Of a DNA stretch of 64,000 nt, positions 1 to 10,407 are shown in pieces. Origin of the DNA: Lachnospiraceae bacterium (GTDB lineage Bacteria > Bacillota > Clostridia > Lachnospirales > Lachnospiraceae); contig JAFXXN010000016.1 in the NCBI GenBank assembly GCA_017542245.1, positions 25,711 through 89,710 of the forward strand, given 5' to 3'. A program made the translations under genes and the position numbers. The stretch's first letter is position 1; every line of letters begins with the position of its first letter. Under the pieces are notes generated by a model. It made no database searches, was not told where the DNA came from, and saw only the letters and a list, made by a program, of their open reading frames with translations.

Positions 1-600
1 GTAGTAACTACCGCTATTATGCTGGTTGTTATAACTCTTGCGGCATTTGCATTTGCAAGACTGGATTTCAAAGGGAAAAATATTGTGTTTACGGTATTTC
101 TATCACTTATGATGATCCCAAATGAGCTTATTATAATAACCAATTTTGTAACTATCACAGATATGGGTTTAAGGAATACTTTTACAGGACTTATCCTTCC
201 ATCCGTTACTTCAGTATTCTATATATATTTGTTAAAGGAAAATTTCGAACAGATCCCGGAGAACCTGTATAAGGCTGCTAAGGTGGACGGTACATCGGAT
301 TTTAAATATCTGATAAGGGTAATGATACCTATCTGCAAACCTACCATGATTACTATTACAATCCTTAAGATTATAGAGTGCTGGAACAGCTTTGTATGGC
401 CAAGACTGATTACGGACAACGAAAAGTATTATCTTGTATCCAACGGGATTCAGGAAATCAGGGAGAACGGTTTCGGACGTGAGAATATTCCTGCCATGAT
501 GGCAGCGGTAGTTGTGATATCAGTTCCTTTGATCATTCTGTTCTTTGTATTCAGAAAACAGATAATGGCAGGAGTGCAGAAGAGCGGTACGAAGGGGTAA
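1..600 (+). CDS. carbohydrate ABC transporter permease, C-terminal part (5' end outside the window)
   Basis: The frame is open from base 1. The profile is multi-TM hydrophobic, with an EAA-loop-like KAAKVDGTSDFKYLIRVMIPICKP typical of MalG/UgpE-type permeases. A binding-protein gene follows 4 nt later. Confidence 0.8.
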   Translation, partial: VVTTAIMLVVITLAAFAFARLDFKGKNIVFTVFLSLMMIPNELIIITNFVTITDMGLRNTFTGLILPSVTSVFYIYLLKENFEQIPENLYKAAKVDGTSDFKYLIRVMIPICKPTMITITILKIIECWNSFVWPRLITDNEKYYLVSNGIQEIRENGFGRENIPAMMAAVVVISVPLIILFFVFRKQIMAGVQKSGTKG

Positions 601-604
601 AAAT

Positions 605-2194
605 ATGAAAAAAATACTGTGTCTGTCAATGATCGCACTCTGCATGGTTCTTTCCGGATGCCATGGCAGCAGGGGAAGCGGTACATTTGAAATACCTTCC
701 GAGTTCGATCAGGACAAAAAAATAGAGATTACCTTTTGGGCTAAGAATGATACCAATGTCACCCAATCCAAGATATATGAGAAAGCCGCGTCTGATTTTA
801 ACAAACTGTATCCGAATGTACAGGTGAATATCAGGCTGTATACCGACTACGGAAAAATATACAATGATGTTATAACAAATATTTCTACCAATACCACACC
901 TAATGTATGTATAACCTATCCGGATCATATAGCCACATATCTTACCGGAAATGAGACGGTGGTAAAACTTGATGATCTGATGAAGAATGAAAAATACGGT
1001 CTCGCAGGAAGTGAACTTAAGTTTGACGGACCTTCTCAAAGCCAGATAGTCCCTTCATTCTTAAATGAATGCCGTATAGGTGAAAACTTCTATGCACTCC
1101 CGTTTATGCGTTCAACTGAAGCCTGCTATATAAATAAGACCTATGTGGAAGCTATGGGTTATGAGATACCGGATATCCTTACATGGGATTTTATATGGGA
1201 GGTATCGGAGGCTGCAACAAAGAAGGACGCTGACGGCAACTACCTGGTAAACGGTCAGAAGACCATGATTCCTTTCATATACAAATCCACCGACAATATG
1301 ATGATATCCATGCTTAAGCAGAAAAATGCAGGATATTCGGATGAAAACGGAAACATACTTATCTTTAACGATACCACGAGGGAGATACTCCGTACTGTAG
1401 CTGAGCATGCGGGAAGTTACGCTTTTTCTACCTTTAAGATATCAAGCTATCCCGGTAATTTCTTAAATGCGGGGCAGTGCCTGTTTGCCATAGATTCGAC
1501 GGCAGGAGCATCGTGGATGGGTTCTGATGCGCCGCTATCCGACATAAGTGAGGACAAGATAGTTGATTTTGAAACTGTGGTACGCCCGATACCGCAGTTT
1601 GATACCTCGAATCCGAAGATGATATCACAGGGTCCCTCGGTATGTATATTTAATAAACAGGATCCGCAGGAAGTTTTGGCATCATGGCTGTTTGCCCAGT
1701 TCCTTCTTACAAATGAAACCCAGATAGCTTATGCTCAGACGGAAGGCTATATACCGGTTACCACCAAAGCAGGAGATTCTAAAGAATACCGGGATTATCT
1801 GGCAGGGTGCGGTAAAGATAATAACCTGTATTACGATGTTAAGATAAAGGCTGCCGAAATGCTTATGGCGAATACGGAAAACACATTTGTTACGCCTGTA
1901 TTTAACGGGTCGACGTCACTCAGAGATGCCGCAGGGCAGATGATAGAAAACACTGCAAAAGCTGTCAGACGTAAGCAGACGGCAGATGATAAGTTTTTTG
2001 ATTCAATGTTTGACGATATGGTCTCTCTGTATCATCTGGACCAAATAAGCATGGTAAAAGGAGGAAGTGATTTAGGACCTCTGCCCGGACCGGCTGTTGC
2101 TCTGATAGTGGCACTCATTACCGCTTGGGTAATCATAATAGGTATAAATGTTAAAGATATAGTAAAGAAGCGTAGGGCAGAAAATAATACATAA
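605..2194 (+). CDS. ABC transporter extracellular solute-binding lipoprotein (sugar-type) with an additional C-terminal TM helix
   Basis: It has a signal peptide plus lipobox (LSGC) and the size and composition of family-1 SBPs. It is adjacent to the permease. The C-terminus PGPAVALIVALITAWVIIIGI followed by KKRR looks like a membrane anchor. Confidence 0.75.
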   Translation: MKKILCLSMIALCMVLSGCHGSRGSGTFEIPSEFDQDKKIEITFWAKNDTNVTQSKIYEKAASDFNKLYPNVQVNIRLYTDYGKIYNDVITNISTNTTPNVCITYPDHIATYLTGNETVVKLDDLMKNEKYGLAGSELKFDGPSQSQIVPSFLNECRIGENFYALPFMRSTEACYINKTYVEAMGYEIPDILTWDFIWEVSEAATKKDADGNYLVNGQKTMIPFIYKSTDNMMISMLKQKNAGYSDENGNILIFNDTTREILRTVAEHAGSYAFSTFKISSYPGNFLNAGQCLFAIDSTAGASWMGSDAPLSDISEDKIVDFETVVRPIPQFDTSNPKMISQGPSVCIFNKQDPQEVLASWLFAQFLLTNETQIAYAQTEGYIPVTTKAGDSKEYRDYLAGCGKDNNLYYDVKIKAAEMLMANTENTFVTPVFNGSTSLRDAAGQMIENTAKAVRRKQTADDKFFDSMFDDMVSLYHLDQISMVKGGSDLGPLPGPAVALIVALITAWVIIIGINVKDIVKKRRAENNT

Positions 2195-2334
2195 AAATGT
2201 ATAAAAAATCCCGATTTTGCAAAGATTTTTTATGTAAAATATGGATTTTATTTATTGGGTATTGTATTTTTCAAAAATGTGGATATAATGTTGATTGTTT
2301 AAAGCTTATATCTATCACAGAGAGGATGAACAAC

Positions 2335-3075
2335 ATGAAGAAATTTTTAGTTTTACTTTTAGCACTTGCTATGGTTGTGTCTCTTGCAGCATGCAGCAAG
2401 AAAGAAGAAAAGGACATTTTTGCTAAGTCAGAGGGTGTTATGACATATGCTCAGTATGATGCAGCAAATGTAGATGATCCTGTTACCGTAGAGACCTTCG
2501 TACAGGACAAGCAGTCATGGTGGGATAACAAAGCTACCATCTACACACAGGACAAGGATGGTGCTTACTTCATTTATGAGATGCAGTGCTCAGAGGCAGA
2601 TTACGCTAAGCTTGTTAAGGGCCAGAAGATCAGAGTAAAAGGATTTAAGGCTGATTTCCAGGGTGAAAAGGAAATAGCAGATGCAACATTTGAAATCCTT
2701 GACGGAAATTACGTAGCTCCGGCTACCGATGTCACAAGCTTACTCGGGAAAGACGAACTTGTTAAATATCAGAACAGATTCGCTGAGTTCAAGGGTATGA
2801 CAGTTGCAGCAAGCAAGGATGCCGATGGTAATGATGCAGCTTTCCTTTACAAGTGGAACGGCAGCGGTCAGGAAGGCGATGACCTCTATTTCAATGTAGA
2901 GCTTAACGGAAACGTATACACATTCACAGTTGAGTCTTATCTTTGCGGTAAGGATACTGAAGTATACAAAGCAGTAAAAGAACTTAAGATTGGTGAAAAG
3001 ATTGATCTTACAGGATACCTTTACTGGTATGATACTGTAAATCCCCATATCATTTCTGTAACAGCAGCTAAATAA
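2335..3075 (+). CDS. lipoprotein of unknown function
   Basis: I chose the internal ATG at 2335, which is preceded by AGAGGA. The N-terminus MKKFLVLLLALAMVVSLAAC is a classic lipoprotein signal. The longer ORF from 2197 has no SD and a non-signal N-terminus. Confidence 0.6.
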   Translation: MKKFLVLLLALAMVVSLAACSKKEEKDIFAKSEGVMTYAQYDAANVDDPVTVETFVQDKQSWWDNKATIYTQDKDGAYFIYEMQCSEADYAKLVKGQKIRVKGFKADFQGEKEIADATFEILDGNYVAPATDVTSLLGKDELVKYQNRFAEFKGMTVAASKDADGNDAAFLYKWNGSGQEGDDLYFNVELNGNVYTFTVESYLCGKDTEVYKAVKELKIGEKIDLTGYLYWYDTVNPHIISVTAAK

Positions 3076-3091
3076 TTGATACAAATATTAA

Positions 3092-3118
3092 TGCCCGGTG
3101 AAAACCGGGCATTTTACT
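3092..3118. terminator. Rho-independent terminator between convergent genes
   Basis: Hairpin ATGCCCGGT-GAAA-ACCGGGCAT followed by TTTT. An A-rich 5' flank allows bidirectional use. Confidence 0.7.
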
Positions 3119-3146
3119 TTACATTAGGGAATTAAGTTTTTATATA

Positions 3147-3746
3147 TCATTTGGAACTGCGAGTGCTGTTCTTTGGAACTGATTTATAAAGTTCTCTGGT
3201 ATTTGTATCGAGTTCCGATATAGTTTTTACTATGAAATCCTTCGGCTCCGTAAAATCTTCCGATACCCATTGCATAATGACAGCAATGACACCCTGGGAA
3301 CGATATCTGGTCAGGTAACGGAGTCTGGTGTCATCCAAACTGATACCGAGCTTTTCTGATTCAACCTGTCTGAGTAGACCGTCTATGCATTTACTGAATT
3401 TGGCAAAAAGGGTTGCTTTGCTGTTGGGACTGAATATCATTTTAAAAACAGTGCGGTTTTCATCTATGAAATCTATAAGACCCGAGAAAACCTTGTCAAC
3501 CGGAAGCTCTTCAAGCTGCAGGACCAGTTCGCCAATTTCTACCAGTATATCCTGTTCGGTTTTATCGTAAAGATCATAAACATCGAGATAATGCTTATAA
3601 AATGTGACTCTGTTTATATCAGCAATATCTGTTATATCTTTTACTGTTACCTTGGTAAGATCCTTGTCTTTTAAAAGTATGGCCAACGCATCTCTTATGG
3701 CTTTCTTTGTTTTTAAAGTTCTGCGGTCTGCGATTTTTTCACTCAT
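3147..3746 (-). CDS. TetR/AcrR family transcriptional regulator
   Basis: N-terminal HTH signature KKAIRDALAILLKDKDLTKVTVKDITDIADINRVTFYKHY. The size is 199 aa. It is divergent from the peptide ABC operon. Confidence 0.85.
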   Translation of the reverse strand: MSEKIADRRTLKTKKAIRDALAILLKDKDLTKVTVKDITDIADINRVTFYKHYLDVYDLYDKTEQDILVEIGELVLQLEELPVDKVFSGLIDFIDENRTVFKMIFSPNSKATLFAKFSKCIDGLLRQVESEKLGISLDDTRLRYLTRYRSQGVIAVIMQWVSEDFTEPKDFIVKTISELDTNTRELYKSVPKNSTRSSK

Positions 3747-4013
3747 ATGTCATTCACCCTAAATATTTTTTACTACTCATTATTGAATATAATATATTTT
3801 TTATATGTATAAAACCCAGTGTTGTAATTTAACATATAGATTGTAACACTTTTAGGATATAAGGTCAATTGCTAAGATGATTATTTTCTTTGACTGCTTT
3901 ACAAAAGAGCATGAAAATGGTATCATATCTTAAATAAAATAATGTACATATATGCAAATATGTGAAAGTTTTATATCTTATGTCCGTGTTTTTACGATAA
4001 GGAGTATTCTGTA

Positions 4014-5645
4014 ATGAAGAAACCTATAATGAAAAAAACAAGTATATTTTTTTTATGTTTTTTATTTGTTGCTTTATTAATGGGATGTACCCAAAAAGAT
4101 ACAGAAACACGTGAACTGAATATGGCTCTGTCAAGTTCTCCCATAACAATAGATGCACAACTGGTATATGATGTAAATTCAAGTATTGTCTGCAGGTTTT
4201 TTAATTCGACACTTTATGAATATAACATCGACAAAGAATTGGTTCCGGGTTTGGCAGAGAGTTATGAAATATCGGATGACGGTCTCAGATACACATTTAA
4301 ATTAAAGAAAGATCTTAAATGGAGTGATGGGAGAGCGCTTACATCCGAAGATTTTGTATTTGGTTTCAAGAGGTTTTCTGATCCGGCTGTAGGCAGTAAT
4401 GCAGTATACCTGATCACGGATTGCTGTAAGCTGAAAAATGCATCGGCTATTCTCGCAGGGGAAAAACCGTTAAGTGAGCTTGGGGTATATGCACCTGATA
4501 AATCCACATTTGTTGTAGAGTTGGAAGAGCCATGTACTTATTTTTTAGATCTTATTACCAATTGTGATTTTGCTCCATGTAATGAAGACTTTTTCCATTC
4601 GGCCGGAAAAAACTATTCTACAAGCCAGGATACAGTAATTAGTTGCGGTTCGTTTATTGTAGACAGATACGAGCCTCTTGCTACACAGATACATTTCAAG
4701 AAAAATCCATATTATTATAATTCCGATATCGTAAAATTAAGCGGTGTAAATATACAGATAATAGCAAACTCGCAGCAGGCACTTATGTGTTACGAGGCCG
4801 GAACAATCGATGTTACAGAAGTTAGCGGCGAAATACTGGAACTTGCGGAAGCAGACCCTGAACTTGAAGTATTTACCAGTGCATCGCTGTTTTATGTAAA
4901 TATTAATCAGCTGACGGGAAATTCTGTGTTAAAGAATAAAAATATCCGTATGGCACTGTCTAAGAGTATTGACAGGAAAGATATTTGTGAGAATCTTCTT
5001 AAAGCAGGAAATGTTCCGATGACAAGGATTATCCCGCCGGGATTTTATACTGAAACAGACGGAACCGATTTTTCCATAGACACTGGCAGATGTAATGAAT
5101 ATGCGGGATATGATCCGGATAAAGCCTTGGAATACTGGAAAAAAGGACTTAGTGAACTTGGAGTTTCTTCTGTAAATTTAGGTTTTCTTTTTGCTTCTGA
5201 CTATATAGCGGTTGCGGAAGCAATAGCCAATCAAATGGAAAAAAGACTCCCGGGACTTAAACTAGAGCTCAAAGGTGTTCCATTTAAGGACAGAATAGAT
5301 AAGGAAAATAGTGGTGAATATGATCTGGTGCTTACCGGATGGAATGCAGACTATTCGGATCCAACTTCTTTCCTTGCATTATTCTATACATCAGACAGCA
5401 ATCATTCATATACAAATGAGGAATATGACAGTGCCTATGCATTGGCCGGAAGCATGGAGATGTCAAAAAATCCGGACGAGAGAAATAAGGTGCTGCATAA
5501 AGTTGAGGATATTATCATGGAAGATGCCGGAGTAATACCGGTATATACAAAAGGCAAGACATATCTTATTCGTGAGTTTGTATCCGGATTCCAGACGCCG
5601 CCTACCGGTGTCGGAGTGATCGTAGCCGGAATTAAGGTCGACTAA
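4014..5645 (+). CDS. oppA: peptide ABC transporter substrate-binding lipoprotein (family 5, OppA/DppA-like), copy 1
   Basis: SD AAGGAG lies 9 nt upstream. Lipobox LMGC. The length (543 aa) and motifs (WSDG, YNADYSDP-like GWNADYSDP) fit family-5 SBPs. Confidence 0.85.
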   Translation: MKKPIMKKTSIFFLCFLFVALLMGCTQKDTETRELNMALSSSPITIDAQLVYDVNSSIVCRFFNSTLYEYNIDKELVPGLAESYEISDDGLRYTFKLKKDLKWSDGRALTSEDFVFGFKRFSDPAVGSNAVYLITDCCKLKNASAILAGEKPLSELGVYAPDKSTFVVELEEPCTYFLDLITNCDFAPCNEDFFHSAGKNYSTSQDTVISCGSFIVDRYEPLATQIHFKKNPYYYNSDIVKLSGVNIQIIANSQQALMCYEAGTIDVTEVSGEILELAEADPELEVFTSASLFYVNINQLTGNSVLKNKNIRMALSKSIDRKDICENLLKAGNVPMTRIIPPGFYTETDGTDFSIDTGRCNEYAGYDPDKALEYWKKGLSELGVSSVNLGFLFASDYIAVAEAIANQMEKRLPGLKLELKGVPFKDRIDKENSGEYDLVLTGWNADYSDPTSFLALFYTSDSNHSYTNEEYDSAYALAGSMEMSKNPDERNKVLHKVEDIIMEDAGVIPVYTKGKTYLIREFVSGFQTPPTGVGVIVAGIKVD

Positions 5646-5724
5646 GGCGTTTTTGAGGTGACATTGACGAAGATTATAAGAAATTTATAAAAGCATAAAT
5701 GCAATTATAGGAGGGAATGATTTC

Positions 5725-6807
5725 ATGAGTGATAAAGCCCGGGTAGTTATTGAAGCGAAGAATCTGGATATTTCTTTTAAAATGCCTACCGGAAATGTGC
5801 ATGCACTAAGAGGAGTAAATTTTACACTGAGAGAAAATGAAGTTCTTGCGCTGGTAGGAGAATCCGGTTGCGGAAAAAGTATTACCGCAAAAACGATTAT
5901 GGGTATTCTTCCTGAGAATGGAATTATTAATTCCGGAGAAGTTATCTTTAATGACGGAAAAGAATCTATTGACCTATTGACTAAAAAAACATCATGGAGA
6001 CGGAAAAACATTAACGGATCGAAGATATCCATGATATTTCAGGATCCCATGACTTCACTTAATCCGACCATGACCATTGGGTCACAGTTGATCACTTCCA
6101 TAAGAAATCATGAAGAGGTTTCAAAAAAAGAGGCTTACTCAAGGTCTCTTGAATTATTATATGAAGTTGGAATAACAGATCCTGCAAGGACAATGGAGCA
6201 ATACCCTCATCAGCTCTCAGGAGGTATGAGACAGAGGATAGTAATTGCTATAGCTTTATCCTGCAATCCAAAGGTTATTATTTGTGATGAGCCTACGACA
6301 GCGCTCGATGTAACCATTCAGAACAGAATACTGGAACTTATCCAGAAAATTCAGAGGACCAGAGGTATATCGGTAATATTTATTACTCATAATCTGGGCG
6401 TAGTAGCCAAGATTGCAGATTATGTCGGCGTTATGTATGCCGGAAAGATTATTGAATACGGAAATATTTTTGATATATTCTTCGATCCAAAACATCCGTA
6501 TACATGGGGACTTCTTTCCGCAGTCCCTGATGTTTCCGATGAAAAGGGAGATTTGTATTCCATACCCGGAACCCCTCCAAATCTTGCTCAGGAAATAGTG
6601 GGGGATGCATTTGCTCCGAGAAATCCTTATGCGCTTGAAATTGATTTTAAGGCAGAGCCGCCGATGTTCAAAGTATCGAATACACATTATGTAGCATCAT
6701 GGCTTATGGATGAACGTGCACCGAAGGCTGAGATGCCTGAAACTCTGAAAGAGAGAATAGCGCAGATGAAGAAGGAGGGATTATTCTATGTCGAAAGCGA
6801 AGAATAA
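5725..6807 (+). CDS. oppD: oligopeptide ABC transporter ATP-binding protein
   Basis: Walker A GESGCGKS, signature LSGGMRQR, Walker B ICDEPTTALD, and the Opp-type C-terminal extension. Confidence 0.9.
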   Translation: MSDKARVVIEAKNLDISFKMPTGNVHALRGVNFTLRENEVLALVGESGCGKSITAKTIMGILPENGIINSGEVIFNDGKESIDLLTKKTSWRRKNINGSKISMIFQDPMTSLNPTMTIGSQLITSIRNHEEVSKKEAYSRSLELLYEVGITDPARTMEQYPHQLSGGMRQRIVIAIALSCNPKVIICDEPTTALDVTIQNRILELIQKIQRTRGISVIFITHNLGVVAKIADYVGVMYAGKIIEYGNIFDIFFDPKHPYTWGLLSAVPDVSDEKGDLYSIPGTPPNLAQEIVGDAFAPRNPYALEIDFKAEPPMFKVSNTHYVASWLMDERAPKAEMPETLKERIAQMKKEGLFYVESEE

Positions 6808-7834
6808 TAAAAAACCGGATAACAGGCCTGAGAAAAAGCCTGAGAAGAGGGTTGAAAATAAGCCCGAGAATAAGCCGGAGAAAAAGCTAGAGAAAAAGCT
6901 AGAGAAAAAGCCCGAGGGTAAAGTTCTTCTTTCAGTGAATGATCTCTGCATGTATTTTGATGTAAAAGGAAAAAGAATACGGGCTTCCGAACATATAAGC
7001 TTCAAGATTCATGAAGGAGAAACATATGGACTTGTCGGTGAATCGGGAAGCGGAAAATCTACGATCGGAAAATGCATCATAGGTTTAAATAAGGCTACAA
7101 GCGGAAGCATAACATTTAACGGAGAAGAATTGACCGGGATAAAGAACCGGAAAGAATATAACAGGAAAAACAAAGGAATCCAGATGATCTTCCAGGATCC
7201 CATGTCTTCACTGAATCCGAAAAAACAGGTTGGAGAGATAGTAAGAGAAGCTTTGGTGATCAATAAGATCGGAAATTCCAAAGAAGAACAGGATAAGATT
7301 GTTGCTGAGATTTTTACAAAAGTTGGTATACCTACAGAATATATGAATCGCTATCCTAAGGATTTTTCTGGCGGACAGCGTCAGAGAATAGGTATAGCGC
7401 GGGCTTTGGTAGTAAATCCGAAACTGATCATCGCGGATGAATGTATAGCGGCATTGGATGCTTCTGTGCAGGCACAGATAGTAAACATGCTGCATCATAT
7501 AAAAAAGGAGACAGGTACTTCGTTTTTATTTATCTCCCACGATCTTAATATGGTAAGATTTCTGTCGGACCATATAGGAGTTCTTCATCTGGGATATCTT
7601 TTGGAAACGGGAACCTCGGATGAGATATTTAAAAATCCTATTCATCCCTATACCCAAAGCCTGCTTATGGCAATTCCGAGAATGAATCCGGTAGTACAGC
7701 CTGAAAACATAAAGGTTTATGATTACAGTTCATCCGGCATAGATTACGGGTTGGGAAAATGGCATGATATTCCCGGGTCTGATTCTCACAGAGTTTGGTG
7801 TACAGATCATGAATTTGAACAGTGGGGGAGATAA
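6788..7834 (+). CDS. oppF: oligopeptide ABC transporter ATP-binding protein with a Lys/Pro/Glu-repeat N-terminal extension
   Basis: Walker A GESGSGKS, signature FSGGQRQR, Walker B IADECIAALD. The only in-frame start upstream of the first beta-strand (KVLLSVNDL) is the ATG at 6788, which has SD GAAGGAGG. Confidence 0.85.
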   Translation: MSKAKNNKKPDNRPEKKPEKRVENKPENKPEKKLEKKLEKKPEGKVLLSVNDLCMYFDVKGKRIRASEHISFKIHEGETYGLVGESGSGKSTIGKCIIGLNKATSGSITFNGEELTGIKNRKEYNRKNKGIQMIFQDPMSSLNPKKQVGEIVREALVINKIGNSKEEQDKIVAEIFTKVGIPTEYMNRYPKDFSGGQRQRIGIARALVVNPKLIIADECIAALDASVQAQIVNMLHHIKKETGTSFLFISHDLNMVRFLSDHIGVLHLGYLLETGTSDEIFKNPIHPYTQSLLMAIPRMNPVVQPENIKVYDYSSSGIDYGLGKWHDIPGSDSHRVWCTDHEFEQWGR

Positions 7835-9459
7835 TGATGAGAAAAATCAGAGTTTTTTTCTTCTGCTTTTTACTTACAATGGTATTATTCGGTTGCAGTA
7901 AAAATAGTACGGTTTCAAATGAACTGAATATGGCGATAGACGGAGCGCCTCTTTCTGCCGATCCTCAGATGCTGTATGATATGAATACAGGTGTTATATG
8001 TAAGTTTTTCTGTGCGACATTGTATGAATATAATAATAAAAAGGAACTTGTTCCCGGACTTGCCGAAAGCTATGAAGTGTCGGATGATGGACTGACATAT
8101 ACTTTTCATTTAAAAGAAAATCTTAAGTGGAGTGACGGAAGACCGTTGACGGCAGAGGATTTTGTATTTGGATTCAAAAGATTTTCTGATCCGAATGTAG
8201 GAAGCAACGCAGTATATCTGATTACGGACTGCTGTAAGCTCAAAAATGCAACCGAGATTCTGGCAGGAGAAAAACCATTAAGTGAGCTTGGAGTTTATGC
8301 TCCCGATAACAGAACATTTATAGTGGAACTGGAGGAACCCTGCGTATACTTTACAGACCTCCTTACAAATTGCAATTTTACACCCTGTAATGAGGAGTTC
8401 TACCATTCAACCGGAGACAAATACGGAAGTAGCCATGATACGGTTTTAAGCTGTGGCCCATACGTTATGGACAGATATGAGCCGCTGGCGACACAGATCC
8501 ATTTTGTTAAAAATCCTTACTATTATGACAGCGATTCCATAAAGCTTTCAGGAGTTAATATCCAGGTGATAGCAAATCAGCAACAGGCACTTATGTGTTA
8601 TGAGGCAGGAACTATAGATATTATGCAGGTTAAAGGAGAATTGCTGGAGCTTACGGAAGCAGATCCTGAATTAAATATATACTCAGGCGCATCACTGTTT
8701 TTCTTCTTCCTGAATCAGAACGGATCGCGTCCGGAACTTTTAAATAAAAATATCCGTATGGCAATTTCGATGAGCCTTGACAGGAAAGATATTTGTGATA
8801 ATCTTCTTAAAGCAGGAAATGTTCCGATGACAAAAATCATACCTCCGGGTTTTTACTTTGAAGTTGACGGAAGTGATTATTCCTCAGATATGACTATGTA
8901 TGATGAATATGCCGCATATGATCCTGATGCAGCACTTAAATATTGGAAACAGGGGCTCAGTGAACTGGGAGTGTCTTCCATAACTTTTGAACTGGTATTT
9001 AATTCCGATAAAATAGCTGAATGTGAAGCTTATGCTGCTCAGATGGAAAGGGCTTTACCGGGACTTAAAATTGAACTTAAAGGTGTACCGTTTAAGGAAA
9101 GATCGGCTTTAAGAGCAAGAGGAGAGTATGAAATCATGCTTTCAAACTGGTACCCTGACTATTCCGACCCGACGTCGTTCATGGCATTGTATCTTTCTAA
9201 CGCTACGGCTAAGAGTTACCATAATCCTGAATATGACAGTGTTTATGATCAGACATGTTCAGTTGAGATGACTAAAAATCCGGCTGAAAGAAACAAACTG
9301 CTGCATAAATTAGAGGATATCATCATGGAGGATGCAGGAACTGTACCAATTTATACAACGGGAAATACATATCTTATACACAGCAATGTTTCCGGCTTTC
9401 AGACTCCGCCGACCGGTACCGGAGTTATCATAACCGGAATTGAAAAGGAGGTTGGATAA
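7834..9459 (+). CDS. oppA: peptide ABC transporter substrate-binding lipoprotein, copy 2 (paralog of 4014-5645)
   Basis: TAATG stop/start overlap with oppF. Lipobox LFGC. Long blocks are identical to copy 1, for example ELVPGLAESYE.SDDGL.YTF and FVFGFKRFSDP.VGSNAVYLITDCCKLKNA. Confidence 0.85.
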   Translation: MMRKIRVFFFCFLLTMVLFGCSKNSTVSNELNMAIDGAPLSADPQMLYDMNTGVICKFFCATLYEYNNKKELVPGLAESYEVSDDGLTYTFHLKENLKWSDGRPLTAEDFVFGFKRFSDPNVGSNAVYLITDCCKLKNATEILAGEKPLSELGVYAPDNRTFIVELEEPCVYFTDLLTNCNFTPCNEEFYHSTGDKYGSSHDTVLSCGPYVMDRYEPLATQIHFVKNPYYYDSDSIKLSGVNIQVIANQQQALMCYEAGTIDIMQVKGELLELTEADPELNIYSGASLFFFFLNQNGSRPELLNKNIRMAISMSLDRKDICDNLLKAGNVPMTKIIPPGFYFEVDGSDYSSDMTMYDEYAAYDPDAALKYWKQGLSELGVSSITFELVFNSDKIAECEAYAAQMERALPGLKIELKGVPFKERSALRARGEYEIMLSNWYPDYSDPTSFMALYLSNATAKSYHNPEYDSVYDQTCSVEMTKNPAERNKLLHKLEDIIMEDAGTVPIYTTGNTYLIHSNVSGFQTPPTGTGVIITGIEKEVG

Positions 9460-10394
9460 TGGCCAGATATATAGGAAAAAGAATATTGATAGCAATCGTT
9501 ACGATGCTTGTTATCCTGCTGATCCTGTTCCTCTTATTACAGCTCATGCCGGGATCACCGTTTAACGATGAAAAGCTTTCAGCTGAGCAGGTTGCTGTGC
9601 TAAAGGAAAAATACGGACTTGACAAACCCGTAATAGTACAGTTCTTCCAATATGTAAAGAATATGCTAAAAGGAGATCTTGGAGTAAGCTATGCATTATC
9701 TCCGGATACTCCGATAACGGATCTTATTGTTAACCGCTTTCCTGTTATGCTAAAGCTCGGTTTCTTTGGAATGCTGGTGGGAACACTTGCAGGAATGCTT
9801 CTGGGATTCCTTACGGCTTTCTTCAAGAATAAAGTACTGAATGTAATCTATAACATACTCACCCTTTTGGGAATTGCAGTTCCTTCGTATCTATTCGCTA
9901 TGTTCTTTTCATATTACTTGGGATACAAGGGAAAGCTTCTGCCGTTACTTTATGATTTCCGTTCACCGGTAAGTTCGTCAATCATGGCCGTAGTTGCCAT
10001 GAGTCTTGGAGTAATGGCTGTTATAGCAAGGTTCTCAAAGGCAGAGGCATCTGATGTTATGAAGTCGGATTATGTACTGTTTGCAAAGTGCCAGGGACTG
10101 TCAAACGGGACAACGATATTAAAATATGTACTTAAGAATTCAATGATGCCCGTCATCACTGTAATGGCCAGCCTCTTAGTAAGTCTTCTTACGGGATCGC
10201 TGGTTATAGAGCAGATGTTTTCAGTTCCCGGTGTCGGCGGTCTGCTGACCAATGCAATATCGGTTAATGACTACAGTGTCGTAATAGCATTAAGCTTTAT
10301 TTATTCGGTTTTGTATATTGTTGTAATGTTGATACTTGATATTATGTACTGCGTAATCGATCCGCGTGTACGTCTTGGCGGAAAGCCGGAGTAA
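9459..10394 (+). CDS. oppB: peptide ABC transporter permease
   Basis: Six-TM profile. The OppB/DppB-type N-terminus is MARYIGKRILIAIVTMLVILLILFLLLQLMPGSPF. Its start overlaps the upstream stop. Confidence 0.9.
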   Translation: MARYIGKRILIAIVTMLVILLILFLLLQLMPGSPFNDEKLSAEQVAVLKEKYGLDKPVIVQFFQYVKNMLKGDLGVSYALSPDTPITDLIVNRFPVMLKLGFFGMLVGTLAGMLLGFLTAFFKNKVLNVIYNILTLLGIAVPSYLFAMFFSYYLGYKGKLLPLLYDFRSPVSSSIMAVVAMSLGVMAVIARFSKAEASDVMKSDYVLFAKCQGLSNGTTILKYVLKNSMMPVITVMASLLVSLLTGSLVIEQMFSVPGVGGLLTNAISVNDYSVVIALSFIYSVLYIVVMLILDIMYCVIDPRVRLGGKPE

Positions 10395-10407
10395 GGAGGT
10401 GTAAAAA

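Noticed and set aside
2197-2334. N-terminal extension of the lipoprotein ORF (start at 2197).
   Set aside because: The extension has no SD, is Cys/Phe-rich and not signal-like, and the start abuts the preceding stop. The internal ATG at 2335 gives a canonical lipoprotein signal.
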